A DNA stretch of 63,325 nt, filler included, from Octopus bimaculoides (GCF_001194135.2; 5 parts of 5 records of this genome joined end to end with filler, not necessarily neighbours in it); one strand, 5' to 3'; positions 1 to 13,324 are shown, counted from the whole stretch's first letter. The notes: generated from the letters alone by a model not told the origin. Program-made: numbers and translations.

Positions 1-14
1 ACACATACAATGTA

Positions 15-228
15 AGGCGGCGAGCTGGCAGAGACATTAGTACGCCGGGCGAAATGCTTAGGGGTATTTCGTCTGTCTTTATGTTCTGAGTTCAAATTCC
101 ACCGAGGTCAACTTTACCTTTCATCCCTTCGGGGTCGATAAGTTAAGTAACAGTTGCGTACTGGGGGCGATCCAATCGACTGGACACTTCCCCCAAAATT
201 TCGGGCCTTGTGACTAGAGTAGAAAAGT
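15..228 (+). mobile_element. tRNA-derived SINE, family B (GGCGGCGAGCTGGCAG head)
   Basis: Matches many copies in the window (GAGTTCAAATTCC B-box-like motif, GTCGACTTTGCCTTTCATCC core). Confidence 0.85.
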
Positions 229-583
229 ATATATACACAATATAAGTATCTTTGCGAAAGGGAATAGCACCAACTGCACATACGCACTACTACTAATACG
301 TATATTTTGTACGTATGAATAGTAGTGCGTGGTGTCGAGGCTATATAACGTTACCGTGTTCTCGCCGTTCATATACACAAAACTGAAATAGGATTAAACA
401 TGATTAAAAACTGAGCGCATGCTTAATTATAGATGCATGTGTGTGTTGCCGGATGTAATAATTATTATGACATATTGTCTCTACTTATCAGAGGCTCTAT
501 CCACAAAGTTTGATGTAACACCAAAAGCTATGGAAATGATTTCTTAATCTATTCAGTATCCTTGCAGACTGCAGCAGTTAGTA

Positions 584-964
584 GAAGCGCAATGGCCCAG
601 TGGGAAGGCAGCGGACTCGCGGTCATAAGATCGCGGTTTCGATTCCCAGACCGGGCGTTGTGAGTGTTTATTGAGCGAACACACTTAAAGCTCCACGAAG
701 CTCCGACAGGGGATGGTGGCGAACCCTGCTGTACTCTTTCACCACAACTTTCTCTTACTCTTACTTCCTGTTTCTGTTGTGCCTGTAATTCAAAGTGTCA
801 GCCTTGTCACACTGTGTCACGCTGAATATCCCCGAGAACTACGTTAAGGGTACACGTGTCAGTGGAGTGCTCAGCCACTTGCACGTTAATTTCACGAGCA
901 GGCTGTTCCGTTGATCGGATCAACTGGAACCCTAGACGTCGTAAGTGACGGAGTGCCAACAACA
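584..964 (+). mobile_element. tRNA-derived SINE, family A, full length
   Basis: A/B-box head (TGGCCCAGTGG...GGTTTCGATTCC), CAA tail, flanking direct repeat gcagcagttag (571-581/965-975); homologous to 57643-58019 and 15984-16345. Confidence 0.9.
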
Positions 965-3399
965 GCAGCAGTTAGAATTATCCTCACATTGTAACTGTAA
1001 TGACGATGAAAACTGAACGAGTGATTGTTCAATTTTTAAACTATGGAATATCTTAATATGTCGATTCCTGTAACTGAGACACCTGTGATTAGTCTATGAG
1101 ATTTACCAATTTTAAGTATTTTTTTCTTTCTAAAGATCGGCTGGACATTTTCTATTTTCTCGACTCCATTACATCATTGATACTTAACGACTCTGTATGA
1201 ATGAAAATTGGATAAGTTTTCCTCTAGAACATCTTTTCGAGATCTAAATATTTCTTTTTAAGATAAAACTGATCAACTACAGTTATACATAAGTAACCAC
1301 TAAAAACAATTCATTTCATACATACATATTCGAAATAGACATATATACGCACTCACTTAACCAGTAGAGTTTACTATGTAAATAGGTTTTTCTTTGTGTT
1401 ATAATTTTCGGCTATCACAAACTGGATTCCGAAGATGCAATAATTCTTCACAACAAAGGAAGATCGATGGCTGGAGAGAATGAAAAATGCTGGACTGCAT
1501 GTTCATAAGATTTTATGTCATTGTCGTACTTCAGAACAATAATTTAACCCTGGTAGCCTAAAGGTTACTAGACATTTTTATTTTATTTTTGTAAACGAAG
1601 AAGTCAGCAAAGGTTACGTGGATAATTTTCAAAACAATAAGTTTTGATATTAAACTCTTGTTATTTTCGAGAGACTTCTTTTTAAAACATAACTGTGAAT
1701 GTGTAGAAATGTTCACTTTCAGTTCATTTACAAGGAAACATATATGCAGGAACACGTTTGAACACACAAAAATACACATGCAGACACATATGTATATAGG
1801 AACATATTCTCCTTCGCAAAATACAGTTTGTCTCTTGCACAAATACATACGCATACAGTTTTATTTGAAGGCAAATAGCTAAACTTCTGGCATAAAAAGT
1901 TTCCTGTCAAGATTTTGTTTTGAGAAAAACGTCTAGATTTCTAAGCCGAGATTTCTGTTTGATTTAAATAAATAAATTCATGAACAGTTAAAGTCATTTA
2001 TAAACTAAAACATTTTTCGCACGAATGGTTAAAAAGATAAAAGGGCAAACAATTAAAGATTAGACGTTTATTCACGTTTTCAGAAGGAAAAAAAGTCTGC
2101 CATATTTTGTGTTCTCTCGGATGTAAACAAAGCTTATTCACATAAACATGGATAACTTTTAAACGTGGTCAATATAATTTGGAACCTACATGGTCAGTGA
2201 TTCGTACTCAGCAGTCGGTACTGGGCTGATACTTACTGTTCAGTTGCCCCTCCACATGTATTATGAGGGCACATATTTTTTCCTGGGAATCTGCTGAAAC
2301 TGTTTAGCTAATAGTTGTTTCCTTTTCTCAGGTTGATTGTAGCAAGTACACCACGGAATAAGATAGTAAGTATAAAACTGCTTCAAAGTATTTAAAAGAA
2401 ACGAGACTTTGTGGTTTTTATTTAGAGACACCGTCCACAAGATCGAATAAAACTTAGTGTTCAAATATTTAATGCAGTAAGCAACAAAGATCAGAATTTG
2501 AAATGCACCGAGGAAAGACAAAATTAGCACAATGGTTAATATTATTTTAAGCACTTTGGCAAGTATGAAAGGCAAATCCAGACATCTTTCGTTCTTATTA
2601 GACCTCATCAGCGTACTAACTTTACATAAAGACAACCTTCAATAGTGTCCCAACAGTATAATAAATTATTGATGTTATCAATCCCATGAATCAAAACTCA
2701 AGATCAGACTTCTTTTACCAAGCTACGAGGATTAGTAAGAAAAGCAGAAGTTGTTATACTCTTTATTTTGTATTCTTCTTTTTCTCTCTGGTGTTTTGCA
2801 TGATCTCACAATTCTTTTCTATCGTTGTCATACAGTTGTCATGTATTCTTTCCCTTCTTACAACTTTCTTCTTATCGTTTTCTTTATCATCTCACGTGCT
2901 CCCTCTAACGTTACTTATTTTCTTTTAGGTCTTTCTATCTTTCTGTTACATGTTTCTCTCTCTCTTTCACTTTCACATATATGTTTTCTTCAACCTCTTT
3001 CGTACAAATTACAAAAATAATTTTCTTCTTTTTTCCTACTAGTCGTAGGATTATGAAGTGGAAATAAATGAATTTTCAAATGAAAAAGCACTACAATTAA
3101 TCTTTCTGTTACAGTAAAAATCTCATTAATTTGCTGTTATACAAATGTATTTTTACTTCTTTCTCAATTCTAAATGTAGAATTAAAATCGTCAGCCGATT
3201 ATTTAAGTTTATTTTTTCCACAAAAGTTTTTCTATTTTGAATAAATATTCTATGAACATATTTCTGCAATAATGATTTCTGATACAGATACAAGATCCAA
3301 CATGATTAGATCAGCAGTAGTATTTGACTGGTACTTTATTCTATCAACATTATAAGGATGAAAAGCAAAGTTGACTCGCAATATTATTTGTTTTGTAAT

Positions 3400-3620
3400 A
3401 ATTCTTTCAACTATAGGCACAAGTCTTGAAATTTTGAAGGCAGGGATAAATCGATGACATCGAACTTAATGCTCATCAAGTACTTATTTTATCGACCTCA
3501 AAGGTAGTAAGAAAGGCAAAGTCGACCCCAGCAGAATTTGATCTCAGAACGTAAAGACGGATGAAATACTCCTAAGCATTTTATCTGGCGTTCCAATGAT
3601 TCTACCAGCTTGTCGCCGTT
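3400..3620 (-). mobile_element. SINE family B
   Basis: Reverse complement of the 15-228 family. Confidence 0.8.
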
Positions 3621-5777
3621 CTTTTTCTAGGAAGGGATTAAAATCTAATAAGGAATAGAATCTAGTAATATTTTTTCGTATTTCTTTATCATATATTTTA
3701 AGGGTTGATTTTGTGATCGAGAATAGAACGCGCTGTGGTTTCAGTTGACTATTATACTGATTTTAAGAAGTAATCCAGCTGGAAGTCCCAGAGCTGTTGC
3801 TTCTCTTAATTATGCTTGGCAGATATACAAATCATAAACGTTGAATGAAGCTGACACGTGAAAAGTAGCAGCTGATGATGCATAAAGGACTTCGGAATTG
3901 TAGCTAAATATCAGCGAGTTGTGACCCCTGAATTGCTAGATCTAATGATATGCTTTGAGATTCTCCAACATTAATGAAAGTGTCAGATGCGGAAGTTAGA
4001 GATATTGAGTTGATAAGGACAGTTCCAATGGAGTAGCGTTTTCGATGTGAAACCACAATCTGAACAGATAGCAAATTGTATTAGCAAACTAGCTAGAAGC
4101 AAAACCCTCGTGGCTATTTTCTCTCCAGAAATTTCAAATTTCAAGTCAATTAGAGTTAAAATCATCATGACATTTCTGTTGAGGAAACAACAGTTGATAT
4201 TAACCAAGCTAGAAGACCATGAGGTAGTGACAGGAGTAAAATCTTCCAAACGTTCTTTTATATTTTTATTATCATTATTATTATTGTTGTTGTATTATAT
4301 TTTACTCTGAGATTATCTCTTGTGAATGAACCATTTTTCGGAAAAGTTAAATTTCTCATCAGCGGGTTATCCTTTCAATTAAGGTGTCCAGACATTGCTG
4401 ATGGCTGTTCTTTTATTGAAGTTGTCTACGAAGCCAGGAGGCTATTTTCATTATTTATGTTCTTGTCACGTGTCTTTTAGCATATTAAAATAGAATTTTA
4501 ATAGTTCCATAGAAAACGTGGTACATTACATCAACCTGTGCAGTAAGAGTTCCTGGATAAACTCGCCAAGATGTTTGTGAACGTATTCCGTTCAAACAAG
4601 TGATTCACAGAATTCAAGATGTTAAACAACCTCTGTATTGCTGATGTTATCAAGCTCACATACTTTGCAGAGTAATATCAACTCTTCGTCTTTGGATTTC
4701 TTTAATGCAGTTTAGGAGGAAGCCTGCGTTCTGATCAGAGATTTTATTCGAGAGATACAAAGGTTTTCGTCTTGTTTCTGGATCCGCAACCTTAACAGTG
4801 ATTGTCAAAGATGTAAAAAATTTCTAGTCTGAAGATCACTGCTAGATACTATAGAGATATAGAATCTTGTAAAGATTGTTATCACTGCTGTTTCACATCC
4901 ATGGTTCCGGAAAATTCTTAAATTTAGTTAATTGTTTTATAGAAGTTTTGGGTGTGGAAAAGTAAATATACACTCTGAAAAATATAGCTACCGGGATAAA
5001 GAAATGATTGATTAAAAGCAGCATCATAATTTCTTTCATTGGTTTTAGTCTGTTACGAAACTGAAGTACGGTCTCCGAGGGTTTTAGTCGATTATGTCAA
5101 CCTCAGTATCAGTTTCAGGCTGTTTTGTTTTATTTTATTCATGTATACTTAAGCAGCTGAATAGCATTTTACACACGGTGTAATGATTTACTTTCTCCGG
5201 TAGAGTAATGCCAAGCACGTAAATACTAACAAATAGGCGTAGCAGGATAAATCAACCAAAACTGACGATAATGATCTTAACCACGTTGAACAGTTCTGAG
5301 CGCCTTTAAAACTAGTAGTAAAAAAGAGTGACTAGAATCTATAATTGTACACNNNNNNNNNNNNNNNNNNNNNNNNNNNNNNNNNNNNNNNNNNNNNNNN
5401 NNNNNNNNNNNNNNNNNNNNNNNNNNNNNNNNNNNNNNNNNNNNNNNNNNNNNNNNNNNNNNNNNNNNNNNNNNNNNNNNNNNNNNNNNNNNNNNNNNNN
5501 NNNNNNNNNNNNNNNNNNNNNNNNNNNNNNNNNNNNNNNNNNNNNNNNNNNNNNNNNNNNNNNNNNNNNNNNNNNNNNNNNNNNNNNNNNNNNNNNNNNN
5601 NNNNNNNNNNNNNNNNNNNNNNNNNNNNNNNNNNNNNNNNNNNNNNNNNNNNNNNNNNNNNNNNNNNNNNNNNNNNNNNNNNNNNNNNNNNNNNNNNNNN
5701 NNNNNNNNNNNNNNNNNNNNNNNNNNNNNNNNNNNNNNNNNNNNNNNNNNNNNNNNNNNNNNNNNNNNNNNNNNNNN

Positions 5778-5778
<1 letters not shown>

Positions 5779-5838
<60 letters not shown>
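5779..5838. repeat. (AAT)n microsatellite
   Basis: Perfect trinucleotide run at gap edge. Confidence 0.95.
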
Positions 5839-5839
<1 letters not shown>

Positions 5840-6555
5840 GTCTAATCATCGCTCGTCAGGACCGATGAAAAGGGAAATATACCACACAAGTGCAACGAAC
5901 TCCTGCAGAATGTGTGAGAATATCATAGGTAGAAAGCGTGACACATTGTTAGTGCTCGTGAAAGTCTTGCGCAGAAAGAGTACAAGCGCAGACACGATAA
6001 GGTAGCCCAAAACGTTCATTGGCTATTATGCCGGAAGTCTGGATACGAGGTAAAGAGTGCTTGGTACCAACGTACACCTGAAAAGACGATGGACGAAAAT
6101 GGGAAAGCAAAGATCTTCTGGGATTTTGACTTTCAGACATACAAGCTGTTAGAGCACCGAAGGCCGGATATAGTAACCTTTAGGAGACAAAAAGTAGTGC
6201 CTAATAATTTACGTGACAGTGCCAAATGAATATATCATGAAATAAAGACAAATGGTGAACAAATATGGAGACCTGAAAATTGTGATCGCTAAGATGTGGC
6301 AGCTGCGTGAGTGAAATATTCATGTTGTTTCTGTTATTATCGAAACATTCCAGCCTGAGGAAACATCTGGACACTTTAGAAACACCATACAATCTTGGTG
6401 TATTTCAAAAATCGGATTTATTTGGAACTACACGCATACAGCGTAAAGTACTGTCTGTCTGAGGTCCTTGTTGGGATGTGACAGACAGTACAAACCCCCA
6501 ATCGACACAATATCTTCAATCTACATCATAGTATTGGATACTGTGCGACGTCTTC
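5839..6555 (+). mobile_element. 5'-truncated non-LTR retrotransposon, R4/Dong-like (restriction-like endonuclease clade), decayed
   Basis: Across frameshifts: CRMCE...ESVTHIVS..SLAQKEYKRRHDKVAQNVHW (zinc-knuckle region) and KIFWDF..QT..LLEHRRPDIV (RLE PD motif); flanked by AAT repeats. Confidence 0.85.
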
Positions 6556-6556
6556 A

Positions 6557-6765
6557 ATAATAAGTTTCAAATTTTGACACAAATTTAGCAATTTTTCCGG
6601 GAGGGAGTAAGTCGATTACATCGATTATATCAGCTCGTATTTATTTTATCGACATCGAAAGGATAAAAGGCAAAGTCGACCTCGGTGGAATTCGAAATCA
6701 GAATGTAGAGACGATCGAAATGCCGCTAGGTATTTTGTCCGGAGATTCTGCCAGCTCGCCGCCTT
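6557..6765 (-). mobile_element. SINE family B
   Basis: Reverse complement of family B consensus, CpGs retained. Confidence 0.85.
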
Positions 6766-7375
6766 ATATCATAACATCAACAACGACGATGACAATGATG
6801 ATGATAAAATTCACAATAGGCGGCTTGTTATATATTTCGACAGTAGACTAAATTTCCGGCTATATATGTCCCCGGAAAAAGAGGAATGGCAAGTGAACTG
6901 GGGAGAACTCTGTTTAGTAAAGAAAGGGAATTGTTATTTCCGATTATTATAGTAGTGGCGTAAAACTGGAGATAAGAACTTATCCTTAAAACCTATTTCG
7001 GTTTAGGATATATTTACCCTTTCTTTATTCAAATCGATCGTCCGGAAAATTCAAATATTCGTTATAATACGGGTCTGAAATCCAATAACCAAATGAATTA
7101 TTTATTTGCGGTCAATTGAAGAAGCAGGAAAATGTGATATAACAAAAAATAAATTTTGTAGCGAAAACAAACAGACCATCAGATATTCTCAAATGCCGAA
7201 GGTTAAAGATTAACCATGAGGGTATGTTAACAACGTTCTTGTTACTCTCACCAAAACATGCTTTATCAGTATTTAACATGATTTAGTTGTAGTTTTTCTT
7301 CTAGAATCTATTTAACAATAAAAGAGCAGATAATCTTTAATTCCACCTCAAAACAGTTGGCCGAACGGAAAAGCA

Positions 7376-7377
<2 letters not shown>

Positions 7378-7464
<87 letters not shown>

Positions 7465-7468
7465 GTGT
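7378..7468. repeat. (TG)n microsatellite
   Basis: Long TG run. Confidence 0.95.
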
Positions 7469-7971
7469 TCTTGTATGTACAGAAGTTAACATATTTGCAG
7501 AGACAAAAGTTTCTGTTATTTACTTCCCAATCTTTTCTTTGACGCAAAGTTAGAGAAACATTTTAGTAGGTGTTTGGTCAGTTAAGCTGATTAGTCTTTA
7601 GTATTAAGGAAAAAAAAAACTAAAAGAAATAGCCTGTCCTATTAAGAATTTTTCATCAATACACGATGTAAAACACTGTCTTTAAAGGATTCCAATAATC
7701 TTTCAAAAATATTATCACCTACCTTGGTGACGAAATATCGATGGATTTTTTTTCACTCTACAATATTATCTTGTCTTAAGCAAGACTATGAAAATAAAGT
7801 TATTACTAAGTAACAGCAACTGTATAGATTTTCCATTTTTATCAAAAAGTGGGAAACAGGCCTGAAGCATAAAGATATGATAAGTATAAATTTATGAGTA
7901 GAGGTACTGTACATGTATACTGCACAAGTATTTACCTTCTTGTTGATTTTTGGTCTCTCTTTATATATCTA

Positions 7972-8030
<59 letters not shown>

Positions 8031-8544
8031 NNNNNNNNNNNNNNNNNNNNNNNNNNNNNNNNNNNNNNNNNNNNNNNNNNNNNNNNNNNNNNNNNNNNNN
8101 NNNNNNNNNNNNNNNNNNNNNNNNNNNNNNNNNNNNNNNNNNNNNNNNNNNNNNNNNNNNNNNNNNNNNNNNNNNNNNNNNNNNNNNNNNNNNNNNNNNN
8201 NTTAAACCTTGGGAGAGGCATTATGCCGGTAATAAATACACGCACTGGTTCAGTCCTTTATTAATTTATATAGTTTTTTGTTAAATTATTTCATTGCACT
8301 CTTGCAATCTCTTCAGTAACTTGTCTCTCCACTTCCATTTATTTTGAATGTATGATCTGGCGTTGTTTCGAAACTGTTCGGTATGAACATGTGAGTGCGT
8401 GCAAGCTCGTATGTGTGCACGCTCATATGTGTGCACGCACTTATGTGTTCGTGCTTATATGTAAGTATGTGCGTCCATATGTGTGTTTGTAACAATTTCG
8501 TTTATATCAGATCAGATATATATATATATATGTATATTTCCAAC

Positions 8545-8745
8545 CAGTCGCCATGATTGATCGCCAAACCGACAAGCTTTTTTATTCTCTCCCTGTTTAT
8601 ATCCTCATATTCTTTTCTGTTAAAGAGCGTAGGCTCGAAACGTAAAATAGTTGCTCACTTTCCCGAGCGTCAAACTAATACACCTGCTTTTTTTGTACAT
8701 ACACCTGTCTTCATCTTTTGTTTTTCTGTAAATTTCAACTATACA
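8545..8745 (+). mobile_element. Penelope-derived short terminal-repeat element (family P-A) with hammerhead-like core
   Basis: Homologous to 54105-54325 and 60095-60292; contains TTT-CTGTTAA-A-GAGC-GTAG-GCTC-GAAA-CGT-A-AAA. Confidence 0.65.
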
Positions 8746-8813
8746 TATATAGATATTTGTATATCAAATTAAGTAAATGTTAAGGAAACAAGAGTTGCGT
8801 AATCAACCTCATT

Positions 8814-8857
8814 AGCTTACAGCTGTTTCTGCGATAGGTTGCAGTGCACTCAGAGCT
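8814..8857 (-). ncRNA. Degenerate minimal type-I hammerhead-like motif (family P-C)
   Basis: AGCT-CTGA..GTGC-loop-GCA-GAAA-CAGCTG-TA-AGCT: stem I AGCT/AGCT and palindromic stem III ACAGCTGT; the core lacks the NGA after CTGA. Confidence 0.4.
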
Positions 8858-9850
8858 GAGTCTACATCACCTTAAAGTTTGTTCAGAACTTCGAATATAT
8901 TATATTTAATAATTCTATTTTTATTAACAATAACTTCGAGGATTTGCCACTCGTCTGTCTAGCAAGGCTAAGAACCGGAAAAACATCGAAATCACTGTTA
9001 TTATTATAGTCACTTATAAAGATCACCTTTACGTCTCGTCACACGGATTATGCCAACCGTCTAGTAAAGTTCCACTCGAAACGAATTCTAAACATTTAAC
9101 TCTGCTTTTAGTATGCTTTTAGTATTTACCAGTAAATGTTCTGTTGTTATTCTTAAAATTGATTTAGAATATTAAACTTAATTAAACACGCACATACATA
9201 CATAAAATACAAATACTGGGGATTTAGATTTCCATGATAGCAACGATTACAACAACAACATTTCTCTACAGGAGGAGTACCTCTCAGAAGTAACCAAAGA
9301 ACCCTCAGATCCAGAGTCATTCATACCACTGGGAGGCGCACTTCTACCGTCTGCTCTCTCTATCCTATATCCATCTCTCCATTAATTTCTGTCCCGTGAT
9401 TTTTACTCACTGTTCTCAGGGCTCCGACAATTATTAGTACTACTACTACCACCTTTTTCATCGACCACAACTGCTTAGCCTCCAACGGTAACATGTCATA
9501 TCTATTGACAAATTGACGTCGTAGCTAGAACTTTGAATTAGAATGATTTGGGTTACTCCTGGCTTCCTACGGCCTAAGTTCAAATATAGCCAAACAACTT
9601 TGCTTTTTTATCCTTCTTTGGCCAACAAAGTACAAACCAAGGACTATGGTCAACACAATCGACTGCTTTTCTAAGCAAAATTGCAGGCTTCGTGCCTAAA
9701 TCAGTTGCATTTATTATTCTTGGCGGTGTTTTTAAATATTTTCTGATTGTAGCACGGACTTACATGACATTTTATATGCTTACATGAATAAAAGAACGGA
9801 ATTGGATTGTTCATTCACACACATACACACACACACACACAAACACAAAC

Positions 9851-9897
<47 letters not shown>

Positions 9898-12579
9898 ACA
9901 TTTTTACAAAACAGACGCACTCTCTCAAAATTATAGAATGCGTATATATTTAGGTACGTATACATATCTGTAAACCTATGCACATATATATATATATCTT
10001 TAATCTGGAATTTGCAGCTACAGATTAACAGAGAACAACGCTCGGCCGAAGCAGCTTAAAAAAATATCCGCCTTTTCTCCTCTCACTCTCTTTCCGACTA
10101 TTAGTTGTTTACGAAAAACGAATCTCCAGGAAGTCTGTACGTCTGGAACTTTGGAAATATTATGGTTAATTTCTTCAATATATTGGTACAAAACTATAGA
10201 GCTTAAATAGAAGTTTTTTCTCTCATTTTTCAAGCGTGAGTATGTGATAAAAAGAATAGAAAAACAAAAGGTTGTCTTGGTATTCTTTTTAAAAAAGAAA
10301 TTCAACTTTCTTTAGCATACCGGATTCTTAGAATGATAATCAATAAGGAGAGAAGTGAAAGTAAAAACAATGAAAGAAGAAAAGACATAAAACAAGCTAC
10401 TAATAACAGATCTGCTGGTATAGAAGAGAATGTATGAAATGTGAAAAGAAAGAAAGAACGACATAAATTGAAAGACTAGAAGAAAGGAAAAGCAACAAAA
10501 GAGAAATATATATACCACTGCATGAGCACAATAACTCCTATTCCTCTGCAAAAATAGAAACTTATTAACAATGACTAGTCATAAGTAATCTCTGTAAAGA
10601 ACAAATAAAATAAATAATAACATTTAAATACCTTAGTTTGATACATTGAATATATTAATGCTGCAGTTCTGAAATCTGGGGTCTGGGTATAATCGGGTTG
10701 TATAACTCTGAAAGGATTGTGAATGCAAAAATCTTTTACTTCTGAAATATTTGACTAAATATTGAATGTTCAAGAATGTTTTATACAATAAGTCCATAGA
10801 TGGAAGGATTCCAACTCTGCATTTACTAAAAGAAAAATCTGAGGAATATATTCCTGTGTAGAAAAAAGGTCGCAGTTATTGAGGTGTTAAAATTAGACGC
10901 GGTGGTGAAAGGTCGGGGGATTGCTTATATAGTGTTACGGTATATCTTTCACCTCCTTCCCCGTGGAAAACCATCATTCTTCACTCATACCGTACTTATC
11001 CTTAGATAAGTACGGTATAATCTCATTTCTCCTCTTCACTAAATCTGGAGCTTGTGCTTGTGTCAAAATTCATGTTACTATGTGTGGTTAGATGAACAGA
11101 AAGCGGCTTCTATACATGATTTAAGTTATTTCAGATCATGAATGTCACATCTTACAATTTCCCTTTCCGTTAAAATGTGAGATCTGCTTCATTAGTTACA
11201 AATATTAATAATTTAAATGTATTTCCGTATTTAGCTTTGTTGTTCCATGTAGTGAATTAAAGTGTTGCTGAGGTCGATAAAGGTGCTTAGAAAGTGATGA
11301 GCTGAATGTAACCATTTCTCAACGTGCTGGTCATTATTTTATGAACGTTGCCAATTCCATTTTCCATCGCAACTTTTAGGCTAATGGGACAAGTTTTTGA
11401 TGGGTTCTACTGAATTAAAAACATATGAGAGGCATCACGAATCAATCAGATAGGTGGGAGGAAAGAAGAATGTTACCGCCAGATCGAAGACAAGCCTAAT
11501 ACTTGCAACAGAGTGATCTCCACTAAAGGCACCCAAGTGCCAGGTTGTAGTGTTAAAACCTATGACATAACAAATAGTGAAGCAAAAACGTAGACATTTG
11601 ATCTAGGGAATAAATAATTATACAAATGTGAAGTAAGTACGCCAATTCTTTGCACGCAAACGTATGCATTTCATTTCTTCGTTCAAATGCAATGCACATA
11701 GATTAATTAAAATTCACATATATACCAACAGAAAACATAATCAATATGTGACAAACAGTCAATGTGTGTATCTTTGTTTGATATTATAGGTTAAGGATTC
11801 TAGGCTACAAAGAAAGTCCTAGGGTTACTCTAAGTCGAAAACAAAAATTATGGCGAAAATAAGTATTCTAAAACAGCTGTTAAACGTTACTAATGAAATA
11901 TTTCATTAAAAAATTATGTGCCTTAATTAGCTTAGACGCACGTAAACTACAACAGGCATCGCGTGAGATCTGAGTGACAGCAATAATTATTCTTAAAACC
12001 ATGCAGTAGTGGAAAAGCTAACTTACAATCAGAAATGTTGATTTAAGCTGATTTAAGTGCACTTACAATATTTATAAAATAGAATAATTGGTCAGTAATG
12101 CTTAATATTAGTATAAGATATATTTCGAATGCAAAACTTATATTTGCATTTCAAACTACCAAATAACTCTTGTTTAATGTGAATGCAACTTCAGTCATAT
12201 CACGTATCATGCAAACCTGGATTGGTCAAACTTCTACTAAAAGACATTTCAGACGTGACCATCACTTTTTTCAGGTATTGTACACACAGCACCACATATT
12301 CAGTCGCTTTTTCTTTTTTAATAGGGTAGTGTGTGATTTGAGGGAGATTTGGATAATATTTCTGCTTGTTTCTAAATTATACGTATATCCTTTCTAATTC
12401 ATTTTGAGCGTCTATTTATAAATTAAATATCGGTTTCACTTTAGAAATCTTGAAAATTCTGAATTTTAGTGAAGAAAAAATAGAAAATGCATGGTTCATA
12501 TTTTTTCAATGTATTCTAACATATAATCTAACAACTGTTGCCTTCCCAGAATAAGATTTAAATTGTTTTTGGTAACACA

Positions 12580-12618
<39 letters not shown>

Positions 12619-13324
12619 NNNNNNNNNNNNNNNNNNNNNNNNNNNNNNNNNNNNNNNNNNNNTTAATTAATTAANNNNNNNNNNNNNNNNNNNNNNNNNN
12701 NNNNNNNNNNNNNNNNNNATTATATATCAGAAGGCATGGTATACATTCAATTCTGGGTTTCTAGGTGAATCTAATGAGTGCTACATACCCGTACACACAA
12801 TTACACCCACACTCCATCTGCTTAGAAATGGTATATTTCTTTCACATAGTAATTTCACTTCTGTCAGCATTATCAAGATGAAAAAAAGACGAAACAAAAC
12901 CCTGGCTATTTCCAAATGTTTCCAAATCTAAAAGTACATACACAATGAAACAAGATTAAGCGATACCTCTGCTGTGTTGGGTGTCCTATTACACAGAGAA
13001 ATAGTCTCAATTTTTAGTCTGTTTTCACTTCATGCAAGTAAGGGTGGATTTAGCTTAGTAGGACATATTGTCACAACCACAACCACCAGGAGAAAATTAT
13101 ATAATTCACCCGTTTTATTTTTTTATTTTTAATATTTATGTTTTGTTTTTATATCTATTCTCAGAAGCTTTTACCATTCCACAGGAATTCTTTCTGCTAA
13201 TAATTATGTACCAAGTTTTATTTGTTACATCTGAAAGTGTAGCTGCATGGTGAAGAAGAGTTTATTTTCCAATTAAAATGGTTTTGGTTTCGTGCTCAGC
13301 TTTCCATTGTGTGTTTTAGTCTTC

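Noticed and set aside
2332-2365. 34-bp plus-strand mini-exon (strong acceptor, GTAAGT donor; LIVASTPRNKI)
   Set aside because: No partner exon or homology; such signal pairs are expected by chance in 63 kb
10018-10059. Possible terminal exon LQINREQRSAEAA*
   Set aside because: Weak polypyrimidine tract, no linked exons, no recognisable family
11870-11885. AAAACAGCTGT resembling hammerhead stem III
   Set aside because: No CTGA core or stem I nearby
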